Below, in pieces: positions 36,489 through 47,258 of a stretch of DNA of 64,000 bases. Numbering within the stretch: position 1 is the stretch's first letter; each line of letters starts with the position of its first letter. The notes beneath the pieces are model-generated. The model saw only the letters and a list, made by a program, of their open reading frames with translations, searched no databases and was not told where the DNA came from. The position numbers and the translations under genes are program-made. The DNA comes from Treponemataceae bacterium (GTDB taxonomy: Bacteria; Spirochaetota; Spirochaetia; Treponematales; Rectinemataceae), in the NCBI GenBank assembly GCA_963677895.2, contig CAXXGJ010000006.1, forward strand, positions 256,001 through 320,000. The letters are read 5' to 3'.

Positions 36489-37505
36489 ATGAAGATAAAA
36501 ATAGCGGTCGGCTTTCTTTGCTGCTTTGCGCTCTTATTGTTTGGATGCGGGAATCCTGTCATCACCTATTCGATTACCTATGACAGCAATGGCAGCACTT
36601 CAGGCACCGTGCCCCTCGATGCGAACCTGTACGCGAACGGACAGACGGCCACCGTTTTGGGCAATACCGGCGGCCTTGTCAAAAGTACCTACAAATTTTC
36701 CGGATGGAATACCGAACCGGACGGAAGCGGAACGAGGAAGCTTTCCGGCGCGGCCCTCAGGATGGGCTCGTCCAACGTCATTCTTTATGCTCAGTGGACG
36801 ACCCAAACAACTTACTCGGTGATATACGACGGGAACGGACAGACGGGCGGCTCGGCGCCAGAGGATTCGAACGACTATCTGTCCGGCGCCGCGGTGACAG
36901 TGTTGGGGAATACGGGAACTCTCGTCAGGACGGGGTATGTTTTTGCCGGATGGAATACCCGGGTCGACGGAACGGGATCCACCCGTGTCGCGGGAACCAG
37001 CTTTGCGATTCTTCCGGAAAATGTCGTGCTCTATGCCCAATGGCGTCCCTATATGGTTGGCGACGTCGGACCGGCGGGCGGCCTCGTTTTTTACGATAAA
37101 GGCTCCTATTCCGATGGATGGCGTTATCTTGAGGCTGCACCTTCGGATCAAAGCATGGGGGCAGACGGGGGAAGGTCCGAAGGCGGGGTTACTGGCAGCG
37201 CTATCGGATTGGGCAAAGTGAATACATATTATCTTCTATCCTTGCGGATCGTTCCGGAAGGCGCGAGCCTGTGTTCACGCCTGGCTTCAGGCGGGTTTGA
37301 CGATTGGTTCCTGCCTTCGCTGGACGAGCTGAATTTGATGTTCAGAAATTTGCATCTCAATGGTCTCGGCAATTTTGGATTATACTGGTATTGGAGTTCG
37401 ACCGAACCCAATATCAGCCCGCTTTACGCCATCAACTTCAAGTCCGGAGAGCAAGCATCATATCAGGGGATCACGTGTCACGTGCGGGCGGCCAGGTCTT
37501 TTTAG
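36489..37505 (+). CDS. Lipoprotein with two InlB B-repeats and a C-terminal DUF1566/CLec-like domain
   Basis: Lipobox LFGC; two copies of Y..NG..G..P.D...VLGNTG.L...F.GWNT..DG.G...LYAQW; GPAGGLVFYDKG..WRYLEAAP, DWFLPSLDEL, YWSSTE, VRAARSF. Confidence 0.8.
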   Translation: MKIKIAVGFLCCFALLLFGCGNPVITYSITYDSNGSTSGTVPLDANLYANGQTATVLGNTGGLVKSTYKFSGWNTEPDGSGTRKLSGAALRMGSSNVILYAQWTTQTTYSVIYDGNGQTGGSAPEDSNDYLSGAAVTVLGNTGTLVRTGYVFAGWNTRVDGTGSTRVAGTSFAILPENVVLYAQWRPYMVGDVGPAGGLVFYDKGSYSDGWRYLEAAPSDQSMGADGGRSEGGVTGSAIGLGKVNTYYLLSLRIVPEGASLCSRLASGGFDDWFLPSLDELNLMFRNLHLNGLGNFGLYWYWSSTEPNISPLYAINFKSGEQASYQGITCHVRAARSF

Positions 37506-37620
37506 CGGCGAAAGAACCTCAGGGACTCCCTCCTGTATGCATAGGTTTGGCCCCTAATACTCTCGAAGATCTTTTCTTCTGATCGATTCGAAAAAAAATT
37601 GAAAAAATTCTCGACAGCTA

Positions 37621-37651
37621 TTGACCTGGAGTTAACTCCAGAGTGTAGCTT
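37621..37651 (+). promoter_or_regulatory. MerR-type promoter/operator
   Basis: TTGACC, 19-bp spacer, TAGCTT, with perfect palindrome CTGGAGTTAACTCCAG (37626-37641). Confidence 0.85.
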
Positions 37652-37670
37652 CTCTCATGCGAGGTGAAAA

Positions 37671-38949
<1,279 letters not shown>

Positions 38950-39030
38950 CCGGTTTCTTCATAAGGGCGCAGATCGGCATCGTACTATTGGTCGTGGCCC
39001 GACGATACCCGGGCAAGACGGAGAAAGCAT

Positions 39031-39552
39031 ATGAAAAGTTTGATAGCGTACTATTCGCGCGCAGGCAACAATTATGTCGGCGGCGACATCGTGAATCTGC
39101 CTGTAGGGAATACCGAAGTGGCGGCGACGATGATACGGCAGTTGGCGGGCGGCGACATTTTTCGCATCGATACCGTGAAAAAATATCCCGCGGATTATAC
39201 GGAGACGACGAAGATCGCCTGGCAGGAGCTGCGCCAAGATGCGCGACCCGAGCTAACGGACCATGCAGGCGAAATGGATGATTACGATGTGATCTATCTT
39301 GGCTATCCCAACTGGTGGGGCACGATGCCGATGGCGGTATTCACGTTTCTGGAAGAGTACGATTTCTCCGGCAAGACCATCCTTCCATTCTGCACGAATG
39401 AGGGAAGCGGGATGGGACAGAGCGAAGCCGATATCAGGAAGCTCTGCCCCGGTGCCACGGTAAAGAAGGGGCTTCCGATCATTGGAGGAAACGTGAAGAG
39501 GGCGGGAAAGGATATCAAGGCGTGGATCGATGTTAATCGACAGCTTTTATAG
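39031..39552 (+). CDS. Flavodoxin
   Basis: YYSRAG..GNTE, GYPNWWG, PFCTNEGSG. Confidence 0.92.
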   Translation: MKSLIAYYSRAGNNYVGGDIVNLPVGNTEVAATMIRQLAGGDIFRIDTVKKYPADYTETTKIAWQELRQDARPELTDHAGEMDDYDVIYLGYPNWWGTMPMAVFTFLEEYDFSGKTILPFCTNEGSGMGQSEADIRKLCPGATVKKGLPIIGGNVKRAGKDIKAWIDVNRQLL

Positions 39553-39600
39553 TGGAAAAGCGCCGATCGGGCGCCGCCGCAATCCGGCAAAGGAACGGGA

Positions 39601-40467
39601 ATGTCGAAAGTATATATGACGAAGAATATAAGCCCCACGGGCTTGGACAGGATGTATAAGGCCATGGGGCGCGATCTGCCCGGCAAGGTGGCGGTGAAGC
39701 TCAGCACGGGCGAACCCGGTGGTCACCACTTCCTCTCACCGGCGCTTATCAAGGACCTGGTTCAGACGTTGCGCGGCACCATTGTTGAGTGCAATACGGC
39801 TTATGGCGGCCAACGCGCCGAAACGGCCATGCACAGACAGGTGGCGAAAGATCACGGATTCGCCGCCATCGCGCCCGTGGACATAATGGACGAGGAGGGG
39901 GCGATGAGCCTTCCCTTCCCCGACGGAAAAAATATAAAAGAGGATCTTGTCGGTTCGCATTTCGCGAACTATGACTCCTTTCTAGTTCTTTCCCATTTCA
40001 AGGGACATGCGATGGGCGGTTTCGGCGGCGCCGTCAAGAACATATCGATCGGTATCGCCTCGGCCAACGGCAAGAGCTGGATCCACAGCGCCGGCGCGAC
40101 AAAAAGTGGATTCATCGCCGGTCCGCAGGACGCTTTCTTGGAATCCATGGCGGAGGCCGCTGGAGCGGTGATGAACAGGCTGGGCGAGAACATCGCGTAC
40201 ATCAACGTGATGAACCATCTTTCGATCGACTGCGATTGCGATAGCAATCCCGCTCCGCCCGAGATGGACGATATCGGTATTCTCGCTTCCCTTGATCCCG
40301 TCGCACTGGACAGGGCCTGCGTCGATCGGGTATACGCGTCGGATACGAAACGCAGCGCTTCCCTGCGGGAGCGGATCGAGTCCCGGAATGGCATGCACAC
40401 CCTAGATCACGCCGAAGCCCTCGGCTTGGGCAGCCAGAAATACGAACTGGTGATGGTCGATGGTTGA
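39601..40467 (+). CDS. DUF362 Fe-S protein
   Basis: VAVKLSTGEPG, ECNTAY, SHFKGH.MGGFGGAVKN, DCDC, DPVALD. Confidence 0.88.
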   Translation: MSKVYMTKNISPTGLDRMYKAMGRDLPGKVAVKLSTGEPGGHHFLSPALIKDLVQTLRGTIVECNTAYGGQRAETAMHRQVAKDHGFAAIAPVDIMDEEGAMSLPFPDGKNIKEDLVGSHFANYDSFLVLSHFKGHAMGGFGGAVKNISIGIASANGKSWIHSAGATKSGFIAGPQDAFLESMAEAAGAVMNRLGENIAYINVMNHLSIDCDCDSNPAPPEMDDIGILASLDPVALDRACVDRVYASDTKRSASLRERIESRNGMHTLDHAEALGLGSQKYELVMVDG

Positions 40468-40578
40468 GGCAGCCGGCCGGTAACTCAGAAAACACGGTCG
40501 CTTAGGCTGAAACAATTGTTCGCCGACCGATGCGGAATGGTTTTTTCCCAAGCCGCGTACGGTCGGGGTTCTTCCTGT

Positions 40579-40821
40579 TTACTGCCTTGTGAGGGTGCGC
40601 GAAAGTCCGCCGAAGGTCGCGACGAGGGTCATCGTTGAGTTGTCGGAATTGAAGGTATAAAGATCGCTTTCCGTGGAAAAATCGGACCAGGTGGTGACAA
40701 GAATCGAATCCGAGGTAGTCCAGGTTCCGATCACTGGGTTGATGATAGATCCAAACAGATTGCATCCGGCAAGGACAAGAAGCGCGAGGGTTGCGGCGAC
40801 AAGTAATTTTATCTTATTCTA
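40579..40821 (-). pseudogene. Short lipoprotein gene remnant lacking a start codon
   Basis: TAG where ATG is expected, then NKIKLLVAATLALLVLAGC-NLFGSIINPVIGTW...RTLTRQ*. Confidence 0.55.
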
Positions 40822-41017
40822 ATTATATATAAGATAATAAATTAAATAATAATTGTATATAGAAGCTCCGTTTTATATTTTTCCGTGAAACAACCCCGAG
40901 GATTGGATTATGCCCTGTCCTGTCATGGGCGAGGCGTTCTTCCGCGGTCAAGGAAAATCAATGCCATGGCCCGAATAGCGTGATAGAAAGATCCGCAAAC
41001 TGCCGATAAGCAATCAC

Positions 41018-41917
41018 ATGAAGTCATCGATCTCTGTCTTATATTCCGACTCGCTGCTTCTTCTCACCGCGGCGATATGGGGTTTCGCTTTTGTCGCCCA
41101 AAGGGTGGGCATGGACGATCTGGGGCCTTTCGCGTTCAACGCGGTACGCTACGCGATAGGCGCCCTTGTCCTTCTTCCCCTCATCCGGCACAGGAGAAAA
41201 GCAAGGATTAGCGCAGCTCGGTTTTCGTCTGGATCGAGTTCCCGCGGGTTTCTCCCCTTCATCCTCGCCGGCGGCGCCATGTTCATCGGAGCGAGCTTCC
41301 AGCAGGTCGGGCTGGTCACCACGACGGCCGGCAACGCCGCTTTCGTGACGAGTCTTTATGTCGTCATCATTCCCCTCATCGGCTCGCTCTTCGGAAGAAA
41401 AGCGAGGCTCAGGGACTATCTCGCGGCGATCGTGTCGGTGATGGGTCTCTATATCATCACGATCGGCGGCGGCTTCGCCATGGCGCCGGGCGATCTGCTC
41501 GTGCTGGCCGGATCCTTTTTCTGGGCGCTTCACATTCTTGTAATAGGCCGATTCGCCGCCTCGGTCGATCCTGTCGAGCTATCGGCTGGCCAGTTCGCCG
41601 TCTGCGGTCTCTTAAGTTTCGTCGCTTCCCTGATCTTCGAGCCGAACCCTTACGAAGGCGTGTTTTCGGCGGCGATTCCTATTCTCTATGGCGGTCTCTT
41701 GTCCTGCGGCGTGGCATTTACCCTTCAGATAATCGCCCAGCGGACTTCTCCTCCCGCGCATGCGTCCATTATCCTGGCCATGGAAGGTCTCTTCGGCGCG
41801 ATCGGCGGCGTTCTTCTTCTGGGTGAGCCGGCTTCCCTTCGATTTTTCATGGGCGGAGCCCTCATGCTGGCCGCCGCGGTCTTCTCGCAATTACCGATCG
41901 GCAAACCGGGCAAGTGA
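41018..41917 (+). CDS. EamA/DMT family transporter
   Basis: IWGFAFVAQ, FQQVGLVTTTAGNAAF, two EamA repeats. Confidence 0.93.
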   Translation: MKSSISVLYSDSLLLLTAAIWGFAFVAQRVGMDDLGPFAFNAVRYAIGALVLLPLIRHRRKARISAARFSSGSSSRGFLPFILAGGAMFIGASFQQVGLVTTTAGNAAFVTSLYVVIIPLIGSLFGRKARLRDYLAAIVSVMGLYIITIGGGFAMAPGDLLVLAGSFFWALHILVIGRFAASVDPVELSAGQFAVCGLLSFVASLIFEPNPYEGVFSAAIPILYGGLLSCGVAFTLQIIAQRTSPPAHASIILAMEGLFGAIGGVLLLGEPASLRFFMGGALMLAAAVFSQLPIGKPGK

Positions 41918-43114
41918 GTTCTCGACCTTGCGTTCCAGGTCGTCGATGCCGCAGTCGACGATATTCATCGCGTGGCGATTCACGACATCCATATCCTTCA
42001 TGCCCGAACCGGTGAGCAGGACCACGACGCGATCCTGGCTTTTTATTGCGCCGACGGCCCTCAGCGAACGCAGGGCGGCCAGGGTGGTCGCGCTTCCCGG
42101 TTCGACGAAGAACCCCGACCTCGCGTAGAGCAGCTGCGATTCGAGAATCTCCGCTTCGGAAGCCACTCCGGCGAGCCAGTCGAATTCCTTGGCTTTGGCG
42201 AGGATTTCCTCGCCGCCCGGAGGATTTCCCGAGGAGAGGGCTTCGGCGATCGTCGTGAAGTTCCGGAAGGGCGTTATTTTGCCGCTTCGCGCTTGTATCG
42301 CGCTCGCTATTGGGCTGTTGACCGCGGCCTGGACAACCACCATGCGAGGCAGGCGCGATATCAATCCCGCCGCGAAAAGCTCTCGGAATCCCTTGAATAT
42401 CCCCCTGATATGGCCGCAGGCCGAAGTAGGGACGACGATGAAATCGGGGACTTCTCCCCGTAGCGCTTCGAAAAGCTCGAAAGCTTCCATCTTGTAGCCT
42501 TCGACCCGTATAGGCCCGTTGCCCGATACGATGCGGAGCCCGAAACGGGAGGCCAGCTCGAGCGCCCGCAGTTTCATGTCCGCGTAATCGGCGCCGCGCA
42601 CTTTGATGATCTTCGCTCCATGAACGGCCATGGCGAGGGTTTTTTCGCGCGGCACGAACTCGGGTAAAAAGATAAGGACATCCAGACCGGCTCGCGCGCC
42701 GTAGGCGGCCATGGACTGCCCCATATTGCCGGTGGAAATGGTGGCCGTCATCGATTCGCCCTGTTCCTTCGCCATTATCGAGCAGGCGATCGATCCTCTA
42801 TCCTTGAAACTCCAGGTGGGGTTCGCCGTCTCGTTTTTGAGAAGCAGGTTCTCGACGCCGGTATAGGTTTTCAGGAGCGGACTAGCCTCTATCAGCGGCG
42901 TCGAGCCTTCGCCCAGAGACAATTCGGGATGCGTCTCCGCGAAGGGCATGAATTCGGCGAAACGCTCCCATACGCGGTTTCCCTGCCTGATGCGCGCTTT
43001 CTCGATGCCGGGCATGGCTACCTCGAGCGATTCGCGGTTTTCCGCGAACTCCTCGAGCCGGGCGAAGGGGTATTCGGTTCCTGAAATCGTCGACCGCAGA
43101 TGAATGTTTTTCAT
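41891..43114 (-). CDS. thrC: Threonine synthase-like PLP enzyme
   Basis: SLGEGSTPL, KNETANPTWSFKDRG, STGN, VLLTGSGMKD. Confidence 0.8.
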   Translation of the reverse strand: MKNIHLRSTISGTEYPFARLEEFAENRESLEVAMPGIEKARIRQGNRVWERFAEFMPFAETHPELSLGEGSTPLIEASPLLKTYTGVENLLLKNETANPTWSFKDRGSIACSIMAKEQGESMTATISTGNMGQSMAAYGARAGLDVLIFLPEFVPREKTLAMAVHGAKIIKVRGADYADMKLRALELASRFGLRIVSGNGPIRVEGYKMEAFELFEALRGEVPDFIVVPTSACGHIRGIFKGFRELFAAGLISRLPRMVVVQAAVNSPIASAIQARSGKITPFRNFTTIAEALSSGNPPGGEEILAKAKEFDWLAGVASEAEILESQLLYARSGFFVEPGSATTLAALRSLRAVGAIKSQDRVVVLLTGSGMKDMDVVNRHAMNIVDCGIDDLERKVENSLARFADR

Positions 43115-43169
43115 TGTATCGCACTCCTGATATCGCACTCCTGGGCGTCGGTTACCTGGATGTCGGCTA

Positions 43170-43940
43170 TCAGTCCCGCCCGATGAGCTTCCGCACGACC
43201 TTCGAAGCGATGATGAGTCCGGCCACCGAGGGAACGAAGGAGACTGAGCCTGGGATGCTTCGCCTTCCGATACAGGTGCGGTCCTTTTTCGGACAGACGC
43301 AGTCCGTGCGGCAGGAATTCTTCGTTTCATCCACTTTTATGGGAATTTCCCTGGAATAGACCACGTCGAGCGCCGCGAGGCCCCGCTTCCGCAGTTCGTA
43401 GCGCATGACGCGAGCGAGGGGACAGACGGAGGTGTCATAGATATCGGCGATTTCCAGCCTGGTCGGATCGAGCTTATTGCCGGCGCCCAGGCAGCTTATG
43501 ATGGGAATGCCCATTTTCGTGGCATGCATGATGAGCTCGATCTTGGATGAGACGGTGTCGATCGCGTCCACGACATACGAAAGGCTTGGGCCGTCGGAAG
43601 CGCTCTGTCCAAGAAGGCGGGGTATGTTCTGGACATCGCAGTATTCCTGGAAGACTTCCACCTTGGCCTGAGGATTGATGTCCAGTATTCGAGCCTTCAT
43701 CACCTCGACCTTCGGTTTTCCGATCGTGGATCTGAGGGCGATGATCTGGCGGTTGATGTTGGTAAGGCAGACGCAGTCGTCGTCTACCAGGATGAAAGAG
43801 CCAACTCCCGAACGCGCGAGTCCTTCAACCGCATAGGCGCCGACCCCGCCTATGCCGAAAACCGCCACTTTTGAGGCGGCCAGTGTTTTCATCGCTTCGG
43901 CGCCTAGCAGGAGTTCGGTTCGGGAAAACGCATCGAGCAT
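43170..43940 (-). CDS. tcdA: tRNA threonylcarbamoyladenosine dehydratase (ThiF family)
   Basis: FSRTELLLG, GIGGVG, TNINRQ, GAGNKLDPT, CPLARVMR, PGSVSFVP. Confidence 0.9.
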   Translation of the reverse strand: MLDAFSRTELLLGAEAMKTLAASKVAVFGIGGVGAYAVEGLARSGVGSFILVDDDCVCLTNINRQIIALRSTIGKPKVEVMKARILDINPQAKVEVFQEYCDVQNIPRLLGQSASDGPSLSYVVDAIDTVSSKIELIMHATKMGIPIISCLGAGNKLDPTRLEIADIYDTSVCPLARVMRYELRKRGLAALDVVYSREIPIKVDETKNSCRTDCVCPKKDRTCIGRRSIPGSVSFVPSVAGLIIASKVVRKLIGRD

Positions 43941-44132
43941 AGAGTCGATCCTATAGAGGTGGCGAGCGACGGGTCAAGTATCCCCTGTCCGCTTGCCCGT
44001 TCCTGCCTAGGAAGCGCCAATGCATAAAAATTCGCGAATACCTCGATTCTTTGTTGATTTGCCCTTTTCTAGGCAGTCCCGTTCAGGTAGTATGAATAAA
44101 TTTTTGTCCAAATAAACTGGAGGGGAGATACA

Positions 44133-45452
44133 ATGGCAAAGTCAGCGGAGAAAGTGATTGGCTACTTACCGGACGAGACCCCATCGACGGGAAAACTGCT
44201 TCTGTTCGCGTTTCAGCAGCTGCTCGTAATGTTTCCGGCCACGGTGACCGTCGCGCTTCTGACGGGATTCCACATCTCGACCACGATTTTCGCGAGCGGA
44301 TTCGCGACGCTTTCGTTCCTGTTCGTGACGAAGGGAAAGATTCCTCTCTATTACGGATCGAGCTTTTCCTACATCGCGGCGATCATCAGCATCACGGGCG
44401 TAACGTCCGGTCTCGCTCCCGACAACCTGATCTCCGCCGCCCAGTTCGGCATCATCATGTCGGGCCTCGTATCCATAGCGGTCGGCCTCATCGTCAGCCG
44501 CTTCGGGATGGACATCATCGAAAAGGTTCTTCCCGCCACGGTAACCGGGGCCATCGCTATGGTCATCGGCATTTCGCTCGCGGGAATCGCCATCACGAGC
44601 GCCGCCGGTTATTCAGGTGGAGCGGCGAACGACAAGGCATGGATCGCGGCTCTGGTCACTCTCTTCGCCACGATCGGTTTTTCCGTATACCTGAAAGGCG
44701 TATGGGGCCAACTGCCCATCCTGTTCGGCATCCTGGTCGGATATATCGTCAGCATCCCGCTCGGAATTATTGATTTCGGCGCGATCTGGACAGGCACGGT
44801 CATCGAAATGCCGCACTTCACCCTTCCCGTCGCGAACTGGGCGGCTGTTGCCGCGATCATGCCCATCGCGATCGCGACTATCCCTGAATCCACCGCTCAC
44901 TTGTTCCAGCTCGATATCTACGTAAACGACCTGGCGAAGAAGAAGGGCAAGGGCGTGTACAAGATAGCGGAGAAGCTGGGACTCAACCTGATCGGCGACG
45001 GCATCGGCGATATCGTGGCTTCCCTGTTCGGCGGACCGGCCGGCACGAATTACGGCGAAAACATCTCCACCATGGCGATCACGAAAAACTTTTCCGTGAA
45101 AGTTCTTGGCGGGGCAGCGATCATGGCTATCGTGCTTTCGTTCTTCCAGCCGCTCTCCAACGCGATCAGATCGATCCCGGGCCCCGTCATCAACGGCGCC
45201 TGCGTCTACCTCTTCGGCGTCATCGGGGCGCAGGGCGTGGCGATCATGATCAACAAGAAGGTCGATCTTTTCGACGCGAGAAACCTCGCCGTCATAGCCG
45301 TCATCCTCGTGGTGGGGCTCGGCGGAAATTACGGTTTCCCGAACGGAATGATCCCGATCTTCGGAATGCAGCTTCCCGCCATCGCCACCGCGGCGACGGT
45401 CGGCATCGTACTGAACCTGGCGCTGTCCATCGGCCGCAGGAAGAACGCGTAA
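44133..45452 (+). CDS. Uracil/xanthine (NCS2) permease
   Basis: GKIPLYYGSSFSYI, GGPAGTNYGENI. Confidence 0.92.
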   Translation: MAKSAEKVIGYLPDETPSTGKLLLFAFQQLLVMFPATVTVALLTGFHISTTIFASGFATLSFLFVTKGKIPLYYGSSFSYIAAIISITGVTSGLAPDNLISAAQFGIIMSGLVSIAVGLIVSRFGMDIIEKVLPATVTGAIAMVIGISLAGIAITSAAGYSGGAANDKAWIAALVTLFATIGFSVYLKGVWGQLPILFGILVGYIVSIPLGIIDFGAIWTGTVIEMPHFTLPVANWAAVAAIMPIAIATIPESTAHLFQLDIYVNDLAKKKGKGVYKIAEKLGLNLIGDGIGDIVASLFGGPAGTNYGENISTMAITKNFSVKVLGGAAIMAIVLSFFQPLSNAIRSIPGPVINGACVYLFGVIGAQGVAIMINKKVDLFDARNLAVIAVILVVGLGGNYGFPNGMIPIFGMQLPAIATAATVGIVLNLALSIGRRKNA

Positions 45453-45523
45453 ACGACGATAGGGGGAAGATTAGGAGTCCGATTTCAGCGTAGTGCGGTT
45501 CATTGAAAAATGAGGAGTAAAAC

Positions 45524-47104
45524 GTGAAAGTATACGAAGGTTCCATTGTCACCTGTGATTCCGCGGGCAGCGTCGCTCGATTCCTGGTGGAGGATGGGGG
45601 AAAGATAGCCTTCGTGGGCAACGATCTTCCCAGCAAGTATGCCGGGGCGCCGAAGGAGCGGCTCCTTGAAAGAGCCCTCCTTCCCGCTTTTGGCGACACG
45701 CATATCCATTTCATGTCCTACGCTCTTTTCTTGGCGGGGCTCGATGTCCGCCACCTGAAAACCATCGCCGATACCCGCGACGCCATCGCCGATTTCGCGC
45801 GTAAGCGTTCGCCATCCATCGTCTTTGGTTTTGGCGCTTCGGCTTACGGCGTCAAGGAAAGACGCCTCCTTACGAGGGAAGATATAGACGCCGCCTGTCC
45901 CGACCGACCGGTTTTCATCGTGAAATACGACGGCCACGCTGGCATAGCCAATTCTGCGCTCATCGCCCAGGTGAGGGAGAAGCTCGGCGCATTGCGAGGC
46001 TTCAACGCGGACTCGGGGCTGATGACGCAGGATGCCTTCTTCCGGCTTACCGATACGGTTACCGGCAAGGTGTCCCTGCCAGCGACCCTCGGCAACATGC
46101 TCGCCGGCATCGATACCCTGGCCGGTTACGGCGTCGGTCTGGTGCATTCGGTGACCGGCATAGGCTTTCCCGCCGATATGGATGTAACCCTCGAAAGCCT
46201 ATTTGCCCGGGGCCTCGCCAATCCGCTCGCCTATCGCATCTTCTTCCAGACTATGAATGTGAGCAAAGTCCTCAAGCGAAGGCTTCCGCGCATCGGCGGC
46301 TGTTTCGCGACGGCGCTCGACGGATGTTACGGCTCCGTGGACGCCGCGATGCTCAAGCCCTACGAGGCGGCCGCGGGCCTGCTTCCCGAGCAGGCCAAGG
46401 GCATTCTCTACTATTCCGATGAGCGAGCGGCTGCCTTCTGCCGTGAAGCGAACCGCGCTGGCCTCCAGATAGAGATGCACGCCATCGGCGACGCCGCTTT
46501 TGAGCAGGCTGTGTCGGCCATCGCGGCCGCTCTCGCCGATTTTCCACGCGAGGACCACCGACATACCATTATCCACGCCTGCCTGCCCACGATTAGCGGC
46601 CTTGAAACCTGCGCTAAACTCGGCATCCGCCTTTCGATTCAGCCCGGTTTTCTCTATTGGGAACAGGAGCCTCTCGAGTATATCGAGTCGATCATGGGCC
46701 GAAGGGCTTTCGACATATCGCCGCTCAGGACGATGGTCGATATGGGCATTGAGCTTTCGGGCGGATCGGACGCGCCCTGCACGGTGCCGGATCCGATCGA
46801 GGGCATTTGGGCGGCCTGCAATCACTATGTACCGGGACAATCCCTTACCATTCAAGAATCGCTCAATCTCTATACGCGCAACGCCGCGCGGGGCTCTTTC
46901 GACGAAAGCGAACGGGGAAGCCTCGAGACGGGGAAGTTGGCCGATATGGTCGTGCTGAATCGCGATCCGCTTTCCATGGCGCCGGCCGATCTGCGCTCGC
47001 TCAAGGTCGAGCAACTTCTCCTCGAAGGGAAACCCTATATTCCAGGCCAGGGCAAGGCAAGCCTCATCGCGCGCGGACTCATGAATGGAGGCGGAGGCAT
47101 TTAG
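45524..47104 (+). CDS. Amidohydrolase_3 (YtcJ-like) metal-dependent hydrolase
   Basis: DTHIH, DGH, MHAIGD, IIHA, GGSDAP, GSLETGKLADMVVL. Confidence 0.9.
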   Translation: MKVYEGSIVTCDSAGSVARFLVEDGGKIAFVGNDLPSKYAGAPKERLLERALLPAFGDTHIHFMSYALFLAGLDVRHLKTIADTRDAIADFARKRSPSIVFGFGASAYGVKERRLLTREDIDAACPDRPVFIVKYDGHAGIANSALIAQVREKLGALRGFNADSGLMTQDAFFRLTDTVTGKVSLPATLGNMLAGIDTLAGYGVGLVHSVTGIGFPADMDVTLESLFARGLANPLAYRIFFQTMNVSKVLKRRLPRIGGCFATALDGCYGSVDAAMLKPYEAAAGLLPEQAKGILYYSDERAAAFCREANRAGLQIEMHAIGDAAFEQAVSAIAAALADFPREDHRHTIIHACLPTISGLETCAKLGIRLSIQPGFLYWEQEPLEYIESIMGRRAFDISPLRTMVDMGIELSGGSDAPCTVPDPIEGIWAACNHYVPGQSLTIQESLNLYTRNAARGSFDESERGSLETGKLADMVVLNRDPLSMAPADLRSLKVEQLLLEGKPYIPGQGKASLIARGLMNGGGGI

Positions 47105-47135
47105 CGTAAATTGTCAGCCTTAAAGGGCGGAAGAG

Positions 47136-47172
47136 AATGAGGGCTGTCCGGATATCCCGGGCAGCCCTCATT
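47136..47172. terminator. Hairpin between convergent genes
   Basis: AATGAGGGCTG...CAGCCCTCATT. Confidence 0.7.
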
Positions 47173-47258
47173 TCATTGCCGCGGCAGGTAAGTCATTGCC
47201 GTAGCGGGCTCGGCATTGCCACGACAAGCAAGAACGGGCGAGCGTCGCCGCTCGATCG

